DNA from: Dictyostelium discoideum
Taxonomy: Eukaryota
Assembly (NCBI GenBank): GCA_000004695.1
Contig: CM000155.2
Location: forward strand, 2,720,001 to 2,784,000
DNA length: 64,000 nt
Reading direction: 5' to 3'
Part shown: in pieces, positions 10,976 to 28,674 of the stretch
Layout: each line of letters begins with the position of its first letter
Numbering within the stretch: the first letter of the stretch is position 1
Notes under the pieces: model-generated
What the model saw: the letters and a program-made list of their open reading frames with translations, nothing else
Database searches by the model: none
Told to the model about the DNA's origin: nothing
Translations under genes and position numbers: made by a program

Positions 10976-11095
10976 CTTACAACCTTAAAGGCACCTGTAA
11001 TATCTAATAATAAAATTAATAAAAGGAGTTATATCTCAAGAAAAAGCAACTAAAAATGGCGTTATTCCATTCAAAAAAAAAAATTCCTATTAAAT
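10236..11095 (+). mobile_element. 5'-truncated TRE5-A-like element: ORF2 C-terminus, C-module-like end and oligo(A). It lies about 100 bp upstream of tRNA-Glu with its 5' end towards the tRNA.
   Basis: ORF 10231..11007 ends in a Cys/His motif (CIWCNEQETSEHIFFKC) typical of non-LTR ORF2 C-termini. A(50) run at 10920-10970. Terminal motif at 11041-11090. Nearly identical copies occur at 50503-50580 and 52085-52560. Confidence 0.6.
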
Positions 11096-11967
11096 ACTTT
11101 TAATAATTGGACCCTTGAACACCCAGAAATAATTAATAATAAATAATAAAAAAAAAATAATATTATATCTCTTATATAAAAATTATAAGTTTAGTTTGTG
11201 CACAATTTGGAATAAAACAACAATGAATTTTTATTTTATTTACTATTTATACTAAAATAAATTTTACTAAAATTTCTGAGAATAAAGTAAGAATCTTGTA
11301 TTTGTTAACGTCTTTTCAGCTACAGATCTATTTCTATATTTGTATTTTACCAGGGATAAAAACTTAAATATAAATTTATGTCGCTTAATTATTCGCGATT
11401 ATTACATTTTTCATCATTTGAATATATAATAATTTCCATTATTCAAGATTCACAAAAAAAGAAAAAAATTAATAAAAGTAAAAAACATTTTGAAACTTGT
11501 ATAAAATACATAATATACGTGAACCCCCAGAAATAATAATAATAATAATTTATATATATAATATATTTATCTCTTTTACTACTAAAAATAATGTTTATCT
11601 TTATTTTATTTAAACTATTTATACTAAAATTAATTTTATAAAGAAACGAATTTTTTAAATTTAGATCACCAAAATACCTTTTTTTTTTTTTTTTAAAAAA
11701 AATCATAATTTTCTATTGCAATAACTCTTTTTTTTTTTTTTATATATTTTCAAAATTTTTTTTTTTTATTAATTATTATTTAAAAATAAATATAATATAA
11801 ATTTTAAATATTATTTTAATATAAATATAATATATTTTATTAAATATTTACACATATTAATTTTTTTTTTTTTTATTTTTTTTTTTTATTTTTAGAAGTT
11901 TTAAAGATTTAATTAAATGTAAAGTATGTACTATAATGTGTTCACAATCAATATTTTATAATTGAGG

Positions 11968-12067
11968 NNNNNNNNNNNNNNNNNNNNNNNNNNNNNNNNN
12001 NNNNNNNNNNNNNNNNNNNNNNNNNNNNNNNNNNNNNNNNNNNNNNNNNNNNNNNNNNNNNNNNNNN
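11968..12067. other. Assembly gap (100 N).
   Basis: Run of n characters. Confidence 0.95.
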
Positions 12068-13200
12068 ACGGAGGAGGCTCGGGGGAAGAGAGAGGAGGCA
12101 GAGCAGGGGGGCGCATGGTGGATGGTCGAGAAGAGATGGCACCGCCGAGGGCGGGCAAGGGAGGGAGTCGAAGACCAGGCGGCACACGACCGCGGGGGCG
12201 GGAGAGGCAAAGANAGAAGCGGGCGTGGCGAGAGGGAGGGGGGCGCGACGGGAAGGTGCAGGACGAGACGAAGACGAGGGAATCGGTCTCGAGGGGCAGG
12301 GGGAGAGGCGCAGCGTAGACGCGCGCACGGTGTAAGGTAAGAGAAGGGAGAGCGGGGGGAGAACGAGAGCCGAGAAGACTGCTGATACGAGGAAACGACG
12401 GGAGATCGCGGGAGAACCACAGAGGAGGAGGCGAAGAGGGGTGGTGGAGGGGACGCGCCGACAGATGACAAANACAAGGCGCGCGCGGGGTGGGCGCCTC
12501 AGAGAGGGGGGGGGCGGAAACGAGGTCGGGGGCGAATAGAGGGAGAAATGAGGGAGCGAAGCCGAAAAGACACCCGAGGAGACGCGGACACAACAGGGGG
12601 GGGGGATCTCCTCTGGGGGGGGACGGGAAAGAAGAGAGGGGGATGTCTTCGCGAAAGCAAACGTATGTGGTGTGTTTAGAAAAATGTATCGGGAGGGGGG
12701 GGGGAAGAGACACAGGGGTGGTGTGTGTCGAGAGACAAAGGCTCACCCAGTGTTAGAAAGAAAAAATGTTTTGTTGCAAGAGAAAACATTGCCCCCCCCA
12801 GGAAGGGTGGGGCGCCAGGGGAAAAAAAAAGATGTTTTCCCCCAAATGAGGTGGGGGGGAAAGGGAGGGGGGGGGGAAAGGCTCCCCCCCCTCCGGGACA
12901 TTCCGCCAAGCGGAAAATGGTCTAAAGAGGGAACTCCCCCCAGGGGAAAAGGGAAAAAAGATTTGGGAGGGCGAGGGGGTTTATAAAGGATTTGGGGGAG
13001 GAGACATACGGCAAGACACTCCAGGAAATGAACGAATATCCCCCGGCCCCCCCTTGAAAGTTGGAGGGAACACAAATTAACATGGTGGAGCAAAAATGCG
13101 GGTATAAATAAAATTTCCCCGGGGGGGGAATATAAACCAGGGAGAATGCCCACTTGTTCCCCAAAGGGAGGGTGGGGATGAAAATAAGTGCCCCGTTGGT
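12068..13200. other. Anomalous GC/purine-rich low-complexity segment (roughly 60% GC, long G/C/A homopolymers) abutting the gap. Probably a low-quality read or assembly artefact.
   Basis: Composition is completely unlike the rest of the window. Homopolymer runs such as gggggggg and cccccccc with embedded n bases. The ORFs here (11931..12746, 12743..13153 and others) are composition artefacts. Confidence 0.6.
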
Positions 13201-13215
13201 TAAAAAAAAATTCCG

Positions 13216-13250
<35 letters not shown>

Positions 13251-13344
13251 CCAATAATTCAAAAAAATTAAAATTCAATCTCTCAATTGCCCTAATTTAA
13301 TTTCCCACAGCAACAAATAATTATTATTATTTTTTTTTTATATT

Positions 13345-16998
<3,654 letters not shown>

Positions 16999-17415
16999 AA
17001 AAAAAAATTAAAAAAATTAAAAAATTAAAATAAAAATAAAATTTAAAAAAAAGATATTATTATTTTTAAATAATAATACTAATAATAATAATAATTAAAA
17101 AAAAAAATATATGTGCCGATTTTTTTTTATTTAATACATATTATCAAACCCACATCTCAGATCTAAATATTTTTAAAATATAAAAAAAAAAATAAAAAAA
17201 ACAATTTAAATAAAAAAAATAAACATTTACCACAAAGAGGGGATGGTTTTTTTTTTTTTAATGACACAATTTTTTTTTTTTTTTTTTATTAAATATTTAT
17301 TATTATTAATAATACTATTGGTTTTTTTAATCATTGTATATTTTATTTGTTTTTTCAAATATTTTTTTTTTTAATATTTTTTTTATTATTAATATTAATT
17401 ATAATTTTATTTTAT

Positions 17416-17469
<54 letters not shown>

Positions 17470-17482
17470 AAGATAGTGGAGA

Positions 17483-19659
17483 ATGAATTTATTTATTAAA
17501 AATTTTTTAATAATTATTTCATTATATTTTATAATTTTAAATTTTTTAATTACTAGTTTGGTAATTTTAGTAATAGTAATGTATTGTGGATATATTTATA
17601 AATTAGGTCAATTCTTATATAAAAAGAGATATTTCGAAATAATTTATGATCATGATCAAATATTATTGGAAAATCAACCACATTCATCTTCACCAAAATT
17701 ATGTTATTATGACAATGAAAATAAAAAATATAAAAGAGGTTCAATAGAAATTCAAGATATTTTATATTTTAATATTTCAAAAGAATACTCCTACAATCAT
17801 GGTAATGTTTTTGGATTTGAATTAACAAGTAAGTAAAAATAATATGGGTTAATTATTATTAGTAGTAAATACACTCACTCACACTCACTCACACACACAC
17901 CACTAAATTCCAATTTTTTTTTTTTCAAAAAAACAATTATTATTTTAAAGTACCAGGAAGGGTTTTTTGTTTTTATACAAATACAGAATCAGAGAGAATT
18001 TATTGGATTGAAGCAATTACAACAATTTCATCAAAATTAAAACAAAATAAAATTGATAATAGAATTAATGATAATTTAAAATCAACCAATTTTTTACCAC
18101 AGTCACCACAACTTTCTATAAAAAATGATCATGATGAAAATGAAAATGGGGAAAATGAAAAAGATGAAAATTATGGTGATAATAATGAAAATGAAAATGA
18201 AAATGAAAATGAAAATGAAAATGAAAATGAACTAAAAAATAATAATCAACAATTAAATAATGAGAATCAAAAATATTATTTCAAAGAAACACTATTTGAA
18301 ATTTTCAATTTAATTGATAATTTAAATAATAGAAAAATAAAATTATTAAATTATCAAAATATATTTAATAAAGAAATTATTTATAATATCAATAACAACA
18401 ACAATAATCCCAATGAAAATAAATTTAATCAAATCAATATTTTTAAAAATCAAATATTTGAAACTCAATTTAAAATTAATTCAATTATTTATCCATTAAT
18501 TAAATCAGAATTAAAGTCAATTAAATTATTTTTAAATGGTTCATTAGATAATAATAATTTTAATAACTCTTTTTTAATAAATAATGAAAATAAATTATTA
18601 GAAATCTTAAATGAAAATAATAACAATAACAATGAAATGGAAAATTTTGATGAGAAAATTAAAATTTCAAGAGAACAATTAATTTTCAAAACAAATTTAT
18701 TAAAAGAAGAAATAAACCAATCAAATAATAATTACAACAATTCATCAATTTCAAATTTAAGTATTTTATTTAAAAAAATTTCAAAATTAAATTCAGATAA
18801 TAATAGTAAAATAAATAGTAATATAAATTATAGAAATAAAATTGATGACCACCAAAATGAATGTAGTGAAATTAAAAAATGTGATATTTTAGAACTTTTT
18901 TTTAATGATGGTATGTTAAATAAAATGGAAGAATATAATATTATCAAAGAAGGATTTAATGAAAAAATTAAGGAAATGGATGAAAAAATAATAAATATTG
19001 AAAATGATATTAATCTTTATAAAAATTCAAACATTAGCAGTGAAAATCAAGAATTAAATGAATTATTAATTTTATTAAATGAAATTAGATATTATAATGA
19101 TTTCACTATTAATCATTTTAATCATTATTTAAATTTTATAAAACAAGTTTTACTATTAAAAAGTCAATGTAAAAATATTAAATTACAACAAAAACCAATA
19201 ACCTCAAATGAACAAAATAATAATATTTCACAATTAGATTTATTGGTAGAATCATTAATTAAAAAACATAATAATAATAACATTAATAATAACAATAACA
19301 ATAACAATAATAATAATAACATTGGTAGATGTTATAGTGTTGGAAGTGATAGATCATTAAAAGAATCAATTAGGTCAACCTCATCTCTTTCAAATTTTAG
19401 TGTTTCATCTTTAAATACAGCACCAATTTTAAATCCAAGTGGTAAATGGATATTACCATCAAATTTTAAAAAGATTAGCACTGGATTATATCAATTTGGA
19501 AGCAAAAGAATTAATGCTTCAATTCGTGATTCTGATGGTAATTTAGTAGTCCGTGTTGGTGGTGGTTATTTATTATTTGTTGATTTCGTTTATAAATATG
19601 GTGAAAGAGAATCTTTAAAATTAAAATCTCAATTAAAATCTTCACAAAATACAATTTGA
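17483..19659 (+). CDS. PH-domain protein with an N-terminal hydrophobic segment. Two exons.
   Basis: Exon 1 17483..17828 (donor ACAA|GTAAGT), intron 17829..17950, exon 2 17951..19659. The PH domain spans the intron (GYIYKLGQFLYKKRYFEI...GSIEIQDI...FGFELTS | IPGRVFCFYTNTESERIYWIEAIT). The exon 2 frame is open with no ATG for about 700 bp upstream of the track's 18637 start, which supports splicing. Confidence 0.7.
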
Positions 19660-19725
19660 AAAAAATAATAAAAATAAAATAATAATAATATTAATGTTTT
19701 TTTTTTTAATAATTCTTTAATTTAT

Positions 19726-20511
19726 TTATTTCTTTTTTTTATTACCATTATTATTATTGCTATTAAGTTTTGGTAATTTTGGTAATTTTGGTCTAACTTT
19801 TAAACACATTAAAAAGAAAGAAAAGATTGAAGAGATGACAGATAATACTGATTTATGTTTACTTGTTAAAAAGAATAATGCAGAGAAATCTAATAAAGAG
19901 ATGATATAAGATACTATTAAACCCATATAAGCAAATTTTGAGAATATTTCAGATTGAGTTGAAAGTACATAAGTATTGAATAATAATAAAAAGAAATTCA
20001 AAGTGAGTGATAAATTTATAAGTATTGATTTAGTTGATTTCTCTTTTTGAATTAATGCCAATAATGAAATTAAGCATTGGAAAATTGCAACTAATGATAC
20101 CATTAATGTATACATTGTTACAACTGATATTAAAATTGGATTTTGATATAATGGTATAAATTCATTATTATTGTTATTGTTATTATTGTCAATTTGGAAT
20201 TCATTTTGATTATCTAATAAATTATTATCATATGTACTATATTGTTCTTCTGTATTGATATTATTATTATTATTATTATTATTTGAAATACTACTATCTG
20301 TATTGTTGAATAAACCAAGGTCTGATTTTGAATAATTTAATAAAGTTATCAAATTAGATGGTTGATAAAATCCAAATCCACCTAAAATTAAATATATGAA
20401 ACAATCGAATCTTAAATAAACATCAATAATAAATTCTCTACTTTTGAACATAACTTCATATAATGTTTTCTTTTTTTGGACTTCTGTTGGTTTTGGTTTT
20501 GTTTCTACCAT
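19726..20511 (-). CDS. Multi-pass membrane protein (261 aa), function unknown.
   Basis: ATG at 20509-20511. At least four hydrophobic helices. N-rich linker. Confidence 0.5.
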   Translation of the reverse strand: MVETKPKPTEVQKKKTLYEVMFKSREFIIDVYLRFDCFIYLILGGFGFYQPSNLITLLNYSKSDLGLFNNTDSSISNNNNNNNNINTEEQYSTYDNNLLDNQNEFQIDNNNNNNNNEFIPLYQNPILISVVTMYTLMVSLVAIFQCLISLLALIQKEKSTKSILINLSLTLNFFLLLFNTYVLSTQSEIFSKFAYMGLIVSYIISLLDFSALFFLTSKHKSVLSVISSIFSFFLMCLKVRPKLPKLPKLNSNNNNGNKKKK

Positions 20512-21327
20512 TTTTTTATTTTTATTTTCTTTTATGTATAAAAAAAAAAGATATATATAATTGATTTTTTAAATTACAAAAATGTAAATGTAATTTAATT
20601 TTAAAAATAAATAAGATATACAAATCGACCGAATGAAAAAATGAAAAACAAAAAAACAAATTAAAAAAAAAAAAAACTGAAAAAAAAAAAAAAAAAAAAA
20701 AAATTATAAAAAAAAAAAAAAAAATCCCAGGATTCAGTATTTAAGTATGAAATAATTTGTTTATTTTTAAAATGTTCGTTTATTTTAAAATAAACAAAAA
20801 ACTGGGATCAAAAATATCTTGGGAAAATAAAAGAATTAATGAAATGAAATGAATTTTATTTTGGTAATGTTTAAATTTTTTATTTTTTTTTGTTAGGCAA
20901 ACATGGACAATAAAATATGTCATTGTAATTGTATTTGATTTATTTGTTTATTTATTTATTTTTGGCGGTTTGCTTTTTTTTTTTTTGTGAACATACTTTT
21001 TTAATTAAAAATTTAATTTAAAAAATATAAAAAAAAATAAAAAAAAAATAAAAAAAAAATATTTGGTTCACAGAACAAAAGACCAATTATTAAAATATTA
21101 AAATAAAATCTATCTTAAAGTTTTTATTTTTAAATAACAATTACATAATATGTTTATTTATTTATTTCTTTTAATTTAGTTTATTTTAATTTTCTTTTTT
21201 ACCATCTTTGTTATTTTTTATCATTTTTTTTTTTTTCATTTTTTTTCACTTTTTTTATTTTTTATTTTTATTTTCTTTTTTTTTAAAAACAGTTAAATAA
21301 TAGCACAAATAAGTATTTTTTAAAAAA

Positions 21328-22563
21328 ATGGCAACGCCTTATAGAGAGAAAATTGAAAAAATGAGTTCAGAGGTTATTGATAGTAACCCATACTCAAGAT
21401 TAATGGCATTAAAGAAAATGGGTATTGTTAATAATTATGAAGTATGATTGAACAACAAAAATAGAAAGTATATGTATATATATTTTTAAAATTATTATTA
21501 ATTTTATTTTTATTTTAAAAAAAAAAAAAAGAATATTAGAAATTTATCAGTTATAATTGTTGGATTAGGCGGTATTGGTAGTGTTGCAGCAGAAATGTTA
21601 ACAAGATGTGGTATTGGTAAATTATTATTATTTGACTATGATACTGTTGAAATTGCAAATATGAATAGATTATTTTTTAGACCTGAACAATCTGGTAAGA
21701 GTAAAACTATGGCAGCACAAGAAACTTTATCATCAATTAATCCAGATGTTCAATTTGAGTCACATAATTATAATATCACCACCATTGATAATTTCGAGCA
21801 TTTCAAAGGACGTATTGAAAAGGGTGGTTTGGTAGAAGGTGAGCCTGTGGATTTAGTATTGGGATGTGTTGATAATTTCGAAGCACGTACAGCAATAAAT
21901 CAAGCATGTTTAGAATTGGGTAAAAGTTGGATGGAGAGTGGTGTATCAGAGAATGCAATCTCTGGTCATATCCAATTGATCATACCTGGTGAAAGTGCTT
22001 GTTTCCAATGTGTACCACCATTGATTGTTGCAAGTGGTATCGATGAACGTACATTAAAACGTGAGGGTGTTTGTGCAGCTTCGCTACCAACAACTATGGG
22101 TATAGTTGCAGGTATGTTGGTTCAAAATACTCTCAAATATTTATTAAAATTTGGTGAAGTCTCTTCATTATTAGGTTATAATGCATTATTAGATTACTTT
22201 CCAAAAGATAACATGAAACCTAATCCAGAATGTTCAAATTCATTTTGTATTATTCATCAACAAAAATATAAAGAATTTTTAAAAAATAATCCAAAAGAAA
22301 ATTTAATTCAAAATAATAATAATAATAATATTAATAATAATGAAAAGAAATCTACATATGAAAATGAATGGGGTATTGAATTAATTGAAACTTCTGAAGA
22401 TTTTAATAATAATAATAATAATAATAACAAACCTTCAAATAATTCATTCGAATTTTCTTATGATAAAAAACCAACTGTAGAATTAAATGAACAATCAACT
22501 GTGAAAGTAAACTCATCTTCAAATCTTGAAGATTTAATGAATCAATTAAAAAATATGAAATAA
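21328..22563 (+). CDS. uba5: Ubiquitin-like modifier-activating enzyme 5 (UFM1 E1), two exons.
   Basis: Exon 1 21328..21441 ([38 protein letters not shown], donor GAA|GTATGA). Intron 21442..21531. Exon 2 21532..22563. Conserved UBA5 core: [43 protein letters not shown]...[15 protein letters not shown]...[14 protein letters not shown]...[32 protein letters not shown]...[25 protein letters not shown]. Confidence 0.9.
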
Positions 22564-23222
22564 AATAAAAATAAATTAAAACAATAATAAAAATGAAAAT
22601 AAAAATAAAAATAAAAATAAAAATTTTATTTTATCTTGATTTCTTGAATTTTTATTTTTTTTTTATTTTTATTTTTATTTTTTTATTTTAATTTTATCTT
22701 GATTTCTTGAAAAGTATTTTCATACAAGGTTACAATGATTAAAAAAATGAAAAAAATTTTTTAATAATTTTAAAAAATTAACTTCACAAATCAATTATTA
22801 GGAGATCTAAATCTTCCTATGTGGCATTCAAACGATAATTTTGGTCTGAAAATTCTCATAATTATTTGAAATGTTTGTAAAAAAGAAAAAAAAAAAAAAA
22901 TTAAAAAAAAATAAAATTTATTAAATTAGGCACCCCCATATAAAAAAGAAAAAAAAAATTAAAATTAAAATAAACAAAAAAAAAAAAAAAATTATTTCAG
23001 TTAAAAACCCAGTACTACTGTTTTTTCTTTTAAAACCCTTTACAAAAGAAAAAAAAAAAAAATAAAAAAAACAATCAATCACTTTTTTTTTTTTTTTTTC
23101 TGATTGCCCTACATATATGCAATCAATAATAAAGGTTTTTAAAAACAAATAATTTAATCGACTTTTTTTTTTTTTTTTTTTTTTACACAAACAAAAGAAA
23201 AAAAAAAACAAAACGAAACAAA

Positions 23223-26200
23223 ATGTTTTCCCAATTTAAACAAATCATAGGTATGATATTTAATTGATTATTTATTTATTTTTATTTCATTTTTATTTTT
23301 TTATATTTTTATTTTTGAATAATAATAATTAAATAAATTATATGTTAACATTTTTTTTTATTTTTTTTTTTTATATTATTTTTATTTTTTTTTTATTATT
23401 ATTATTAAATTAGATTCAAAAATTGATAATAAAGTTAATACAATCAGTAAAAAGATTCAAAATAAATTAGTAATATTAAATGGAGCAGGAGGATCACCAA
23501 ATAAAGGTAATAAGGATAGAAATTTTAAATTATCATTTTCAAGTATGATATTTATACCACCACCATTACCAACAATACAAAGTGATCCAAATTTATTTAA
23601 AGGTGCACCAGAGACAGAGATGAGTCAATATAGTGAGAATGGATTTTCATTCTATTATGAAGAGTTTGAGGAGGTGGGAATGACAGCACCAAATTTAATA
23701 GTACAACAAAATATACCAAACATTCACCCAGAACCATTGGAAGGTATGCATCCGTATGGATTTAATTTTGAAGAGTATAATCAAAGAAGGGCGAATATGA
23801 ATTTAAATCATGCAAATGTAGATTGTAAACCACATTTCCTACGTATTCAAAATGAGAATCCAATAAAGAATTATGCAATGACACCAACTAATCAAAGGAT
23901 TTTAAGCAAGGCAGAGTTGATGCAATGTTTGCAACCCACTAATATCACCTACATTTGCATCACCGATCAATCGTTTACCAATAAGGAGAGAAGAGCGTTC
24001 TTGAAGAAACTTGCTCAGTTTAGTTCAGTTGAGACTTTGATTGTTAAAGGGTGTGGTATTAAAAGTTTTGCCAATGGTAGTAGATTCCCAGTACTACGTT
24101 TTGTTGATTTATCACAGAATAGTATTAAAAATTCATCAGGTATTAAGAAATTAATAAAATATTCACCATGGTTAGAATTTTTAAATTTAAGTGGTAATGG
24201 TATATCGGCATGCACGGAATTGGAGTGGAAACAACGTTGCAATCGTCTCCTATCGACATTGACTCAATTGGAGAATATAAATTCAAAAGCGATACCAATA
24301 GATGATCGTATTGGTGCAATTTCATTATATGGTCCAACCAATAGAAAACAACAATTGGAGAAAATCAGATGGGAACTTCATTTAGATTCATTGGCTGATG
24401 TTAGAGCATTGAGACCCATTCATCCAGGTTGGCAACCACAAGGTATACTTCATATTCAATTGAATAATTGCCAATTACGTCATTTCTACATTGGTGCAAT
24501 GGTAAATTTAAATAGTTTAGATTTATCAAGAAATCTTTTAACTGATATCTCTTTTAGTGGTATTGAAAAATGTACATATCTACAATATTGTAATCTATCA
24601 AATAATCAATTGGCTCGTGTAGATACTACTTGTCAAATGTTTGAATTCACTCCATCGATTCGTTGTGTTGTACTATCAGGTAATCCAGCTACCTTTTCGA
24701 GAGATCTCTATAAAAAGGAGTTAATTTATCGTACTAGAAATGGGTGTGGTACAAATAGATCATTGGGTATTCAACAAATTGATACGGAAATGATATCGAT
24801 AGATAATAAAGTTTCGACAATTCATGAATATGAATTAAAGACAAGTGGTAATCAAGAGGTTGCAAATAAAGTCTCATCAGAACTACGTTGGAAATTATTA
24901 ATAATTGAAAGGTTTGGTCATAAACAGTTACAAAGTATTCCAAACTTTTTCGATAGCATTAGACATATTGCATTCCCAAAATCAAATATTCAAATGGTTG
25001 ATGTATTTTGTTTTAAGAATATTGAAATCATTGATTTCAGTGGTAATGATCTATTCCAATTCAATGGTTTAAGAGCATTATATTCTTTACGTGTACTTTT
25101 ATTACAAGATAATCCAAGATTGGATACGAAATCAGTCACTGATCAATTGGATCAATTGGAAAGTTTAGAATCTATAAATTTATCGGTAAATGGTGATCAG
25201 ACACATCAAAGGTATCCAAAGAATACTCAAAACTCTCAATACAGAGCATTGGTACTTGGAGTGGTGATACCAAAGAATCGATCATTCATTCTATTGGATA
25301 ATAATGTTATTTCAAATTTAGAACGTGTTGAAGCCTATAGAAACGCAGGTTACTCTAATGATTTAGTCGAACGTTATAGATTCTTTTTAGCATTGACAAT
25401 TAATTGCACTCTACCATTTGGTCGTCAAGTTTATCCTGATCAAGTTGAAATTGGTAAACAATATGATCCAACACAAGTTACAATTCTTAGAAGGCTAAGA
25501 GAATGGCAATTGACTTCAGAGTTTATCAATTTCTCTTACTTTACAAATGTTCAAGAAATTGATTTAACCAATAATCGTCTAACTGATATTTTAAATATTG
25601 GTTTACAACAATTGAATAATCTTTCAAAACTTTGTTTAATTAATAATCAAATTAATAATCCATTACCATTGATAGCTCAATTATTGGATTCAATAAAGTC
25701 ATTGGAGATCATTGCAATTCGTGGTAATCCTTGTATGAGAAGCCCAAATGATAGATTATCATTGATTGGTCATATGTCAACAATGAAGTCAATTACAGAA
25801 TCAACATTAAAAGTAATAGATACTGAAATTACAATCTATGATAAAGTTGAAGGTTGGAAACTAGTTGGTGGTCCTTTAAAAGATGCTGAAATTTTAAAAT
25901 TAAATTATATCGTTAAATTTAAATCAATAGATTTATTCGATCATCATTCTTTATTTAATTTAGAACTTTGTGATTGTGCTTTAGAATATTTAGATATTAC
26001 ACCATTTATAAATTTAAGAACACTATTGTTAGCAAATAATAAATTTAAATTATTATCAAATATAGTTGGTTTGGGTAGTGGTAGTTGTCAACAATTGTTT
26101 GCATTGGATTTAAGAAATAATCAATTGGATTCAATGTCTGATTTTAAAACATTGCTATTATCATCATCATTACCACAATTATCAGTTATTGGTTTATCAG

Positions 26201-26940
26201 GTAACGGTTTCACTAAATCATCAACTAGTCAAACTTTTAATTATCGTTCAAAATTCTTGGCTTTAATTACACCATTATCTCAATCTCATCTCTATCCATT
26301 GTCAATGTTGGATTCAAATGAAATCACTCCTGATGAAATTAATGATTGTCAACCATTGGTTGGTGTTGATAAAAAGGAATCGTTATTTAATATTTGTCTA
26401 TTAAGAAGATCAACTTCTCCTGATTTCTTTAATTTAACTGAATTGGATTTATCAGGTTGTAATGTAACATTTTGTAATTTTGGTTTACTTCAAAATTTAA
26501 TTATACTCTCATTATCAGATAATAATATCTCTGATTCAAATTTAAAAGATAGTAGTATCTCTTCTTTAAATAATCTTAAAGCTTTAGATTTAAGAAATAA
26601 TAGATTAAAAGATTTATCAATTTTATGTAAAATTATTGATTTATTAAATATTGAAGTAAGTAAAAATATTAATAATTATTTATAATAAATTATAAATTAT
26701 AAATAATAAATAATAATAATAATATTAACTATTTTTTTTTTATTTATTTATTATTATTATAATTATTATTAGACATTATTTGTTGAAGAAAATTCATGTT
26801 TTGAAAAAGATACTCCAAAAGATAGAATTAAATTCTTTAAAAAATTAACAAATTCCAGAGTTTTATCAACTATGAAATATTTAAATGGTTCTGAAGTAAC
26901 TTCAAATGATACTATTAAATTTAATAATAAAAAGAAATAA
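23223..26940 (+). CDS. Large leucine-rich-repeat protein (about 1145 aa), three exons.
   Basis: Exon 1 23223..23250 (MFSQFKQII, donor G|GTATGA). Intron to acceptor TTAG at 23413. Exon 2 23414..26655 (donor GAA|GTAAGT). Intron 26656..26772. Exon 3 26773..26940 (TLFVEENSCFEKD...LNGSEV...). Many LxxLxLxxNxL repeats, for example LDLSRNLLTDI, LSNNQLARV, IDLTNNRLTDI, LDLRNNQLDSM. Confidence 0.75.
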
Positions 26941-27655
26941 ATAAATAGTTTTTTAGAATTGTAAATCTTAACAATGACCAAGATTTTTTTTTTTTTTTTT
27001 TTTTTTTTGGAAAATAAAATTTAAAAAGAGATATTACAATTATTTTAAAAAGATTTAAAAAAAAAAAAATGTTTTTTAATATTCATAGCTATGATTTTAG
27101 TTTTAAAATTTTGAATCTTCCCTGTATTAAAAAGAACTGTAGAAAAAGAAAATTATTTTACTAATTATTATTTTTTATTTCTATTAAAATTTTTAAAAAG
27201 TATACATACAAACTTTTTCAAATCTTCCAAAAATATAATGATATTCTTTGTTCCTTAACCAATTTGAACCAAAATAAACTAAAAAAAAATGATTTATCTT
27301 TATTATTAATATTTTAAATCATTGTTTTAAAAAATTTGAATCTTTTCATTGTATTTTCTATGTAAAAGAGAAAAAAAATCAAATAATTCAGAAAAACAAT
27401 TAAAAAAAAAAGAATTTAATTGATTTTTTACATAGAGAATATTGTAAAAGTATTCAAATGTTGAAAAAAGTAATCAAAAATTTCAATAATAAAGAATTAA
27501 ATCATTCTTTCAATTTGTTGTAGTTTATTTTGGTTATCTCTAATCAAATCTGATAACAATAAATATAATCTAAATATTGATGTGCTTTATTTATATTACC
27601 ATTTGCATATCTATGTTTAAATTGATTCTTTAAACTTTTATGAATGCATCATCCA

Positions 27656-27689
<34 letters not shown>

Positions 27690-28332
27690 AAATTATCGAT
27701 AAATTGGTATTTTTATTTATTTTTTATTTATTTATTATTAGTATTATAGTTTTTAAAAAGTTTACTTAGTAACTTTTGGATCATTATTCCTAGGAAACAT
27801 TAATATTATTCTTTTCTTTTCAGAGTTTAAATATTTCATTCGCTCTAGAGATTGAATCAATTGGAGAAAGATAAAACATTGAATAATATCACTTTTACCA
27901 GGACCATTGGCTACATTAAAATTGATTACATCTAAAAGCATGATTCTAGATCCATTTGTAGTTTCTTAATCTCCAATATACAAATATTTTTTTTTATTTT
28001 TTTTTTTTTTATAGTAGCATTTAATTAAAATGGGAGATTCGATGTATCATTTTGAAAACAATTATTTGGTGTATATAAAATTGTTTCTAAATTAATATTT
28101 ACCTCTTTTTTTTTTTTTTAATAAATAAATTATAAAAATTATTAAAAAAAAAAAGTAAAAAAAAAAAAAAAAGTGTTGAAAAAAAAAATTAAAACCAGAA
28201 AAAAGAATTAAATAAATAACCAAAAAAAAATAAATAAATTTTCTATTCAAGTATCTCAATCAAATTAATTTTTTTTATTTTTTTTTTTTTAAAAAATCTA
28301 TTTATTAAATATATTTCTTCTCATTGTTATTC

Positions 28333-28363
<31 letters not shown>

Positions 28364-28517
28364 CCGATTCAGTTCCTAAAATAATCCGTATTTAAAAAAA
28401 ATGATTAAAAAAATATAAAAAAATAAAAAGAAAGCATTGATTTTTTAAAAAAAAGAATTTAATTGTGTTTAATTAATTTTTTTTTTTAATTTTTGGTGGA
28501 GGGGTTTTGGAAAAGTG

Positions 28518-28557
<40 letters not shown>

Positions 28558-28674
28558 AAAAATAAATATTTTTTTTTTTTTTTTTTTTTTTTTCATAAAC
28601 ACACAAACCATCAGATTTTTTTTTTTTTTCTTTTATTTATTTATTTTTTTTCATTACCTTTTAATTTAAAAATC

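Noticed and set aside
11931-13278. Several 70-270-aa ORFs rich in R/G/P/A
   Set aside because: All lie in the GC/purine-rich low-quality block next to the N-gap. They are composition-driven and contain X codons.
22921-23211. 96-aa minus ORF (MFFFFFCLCKKKKKK...)
   Set aside because: Low-complexity translation of the promoter spacer upstream of the LRR gene.
26769-26981. 70-aa minus ORF
   Set aside because: Antisense to the confirmed last exon (26773..26940) of the LRR gene.
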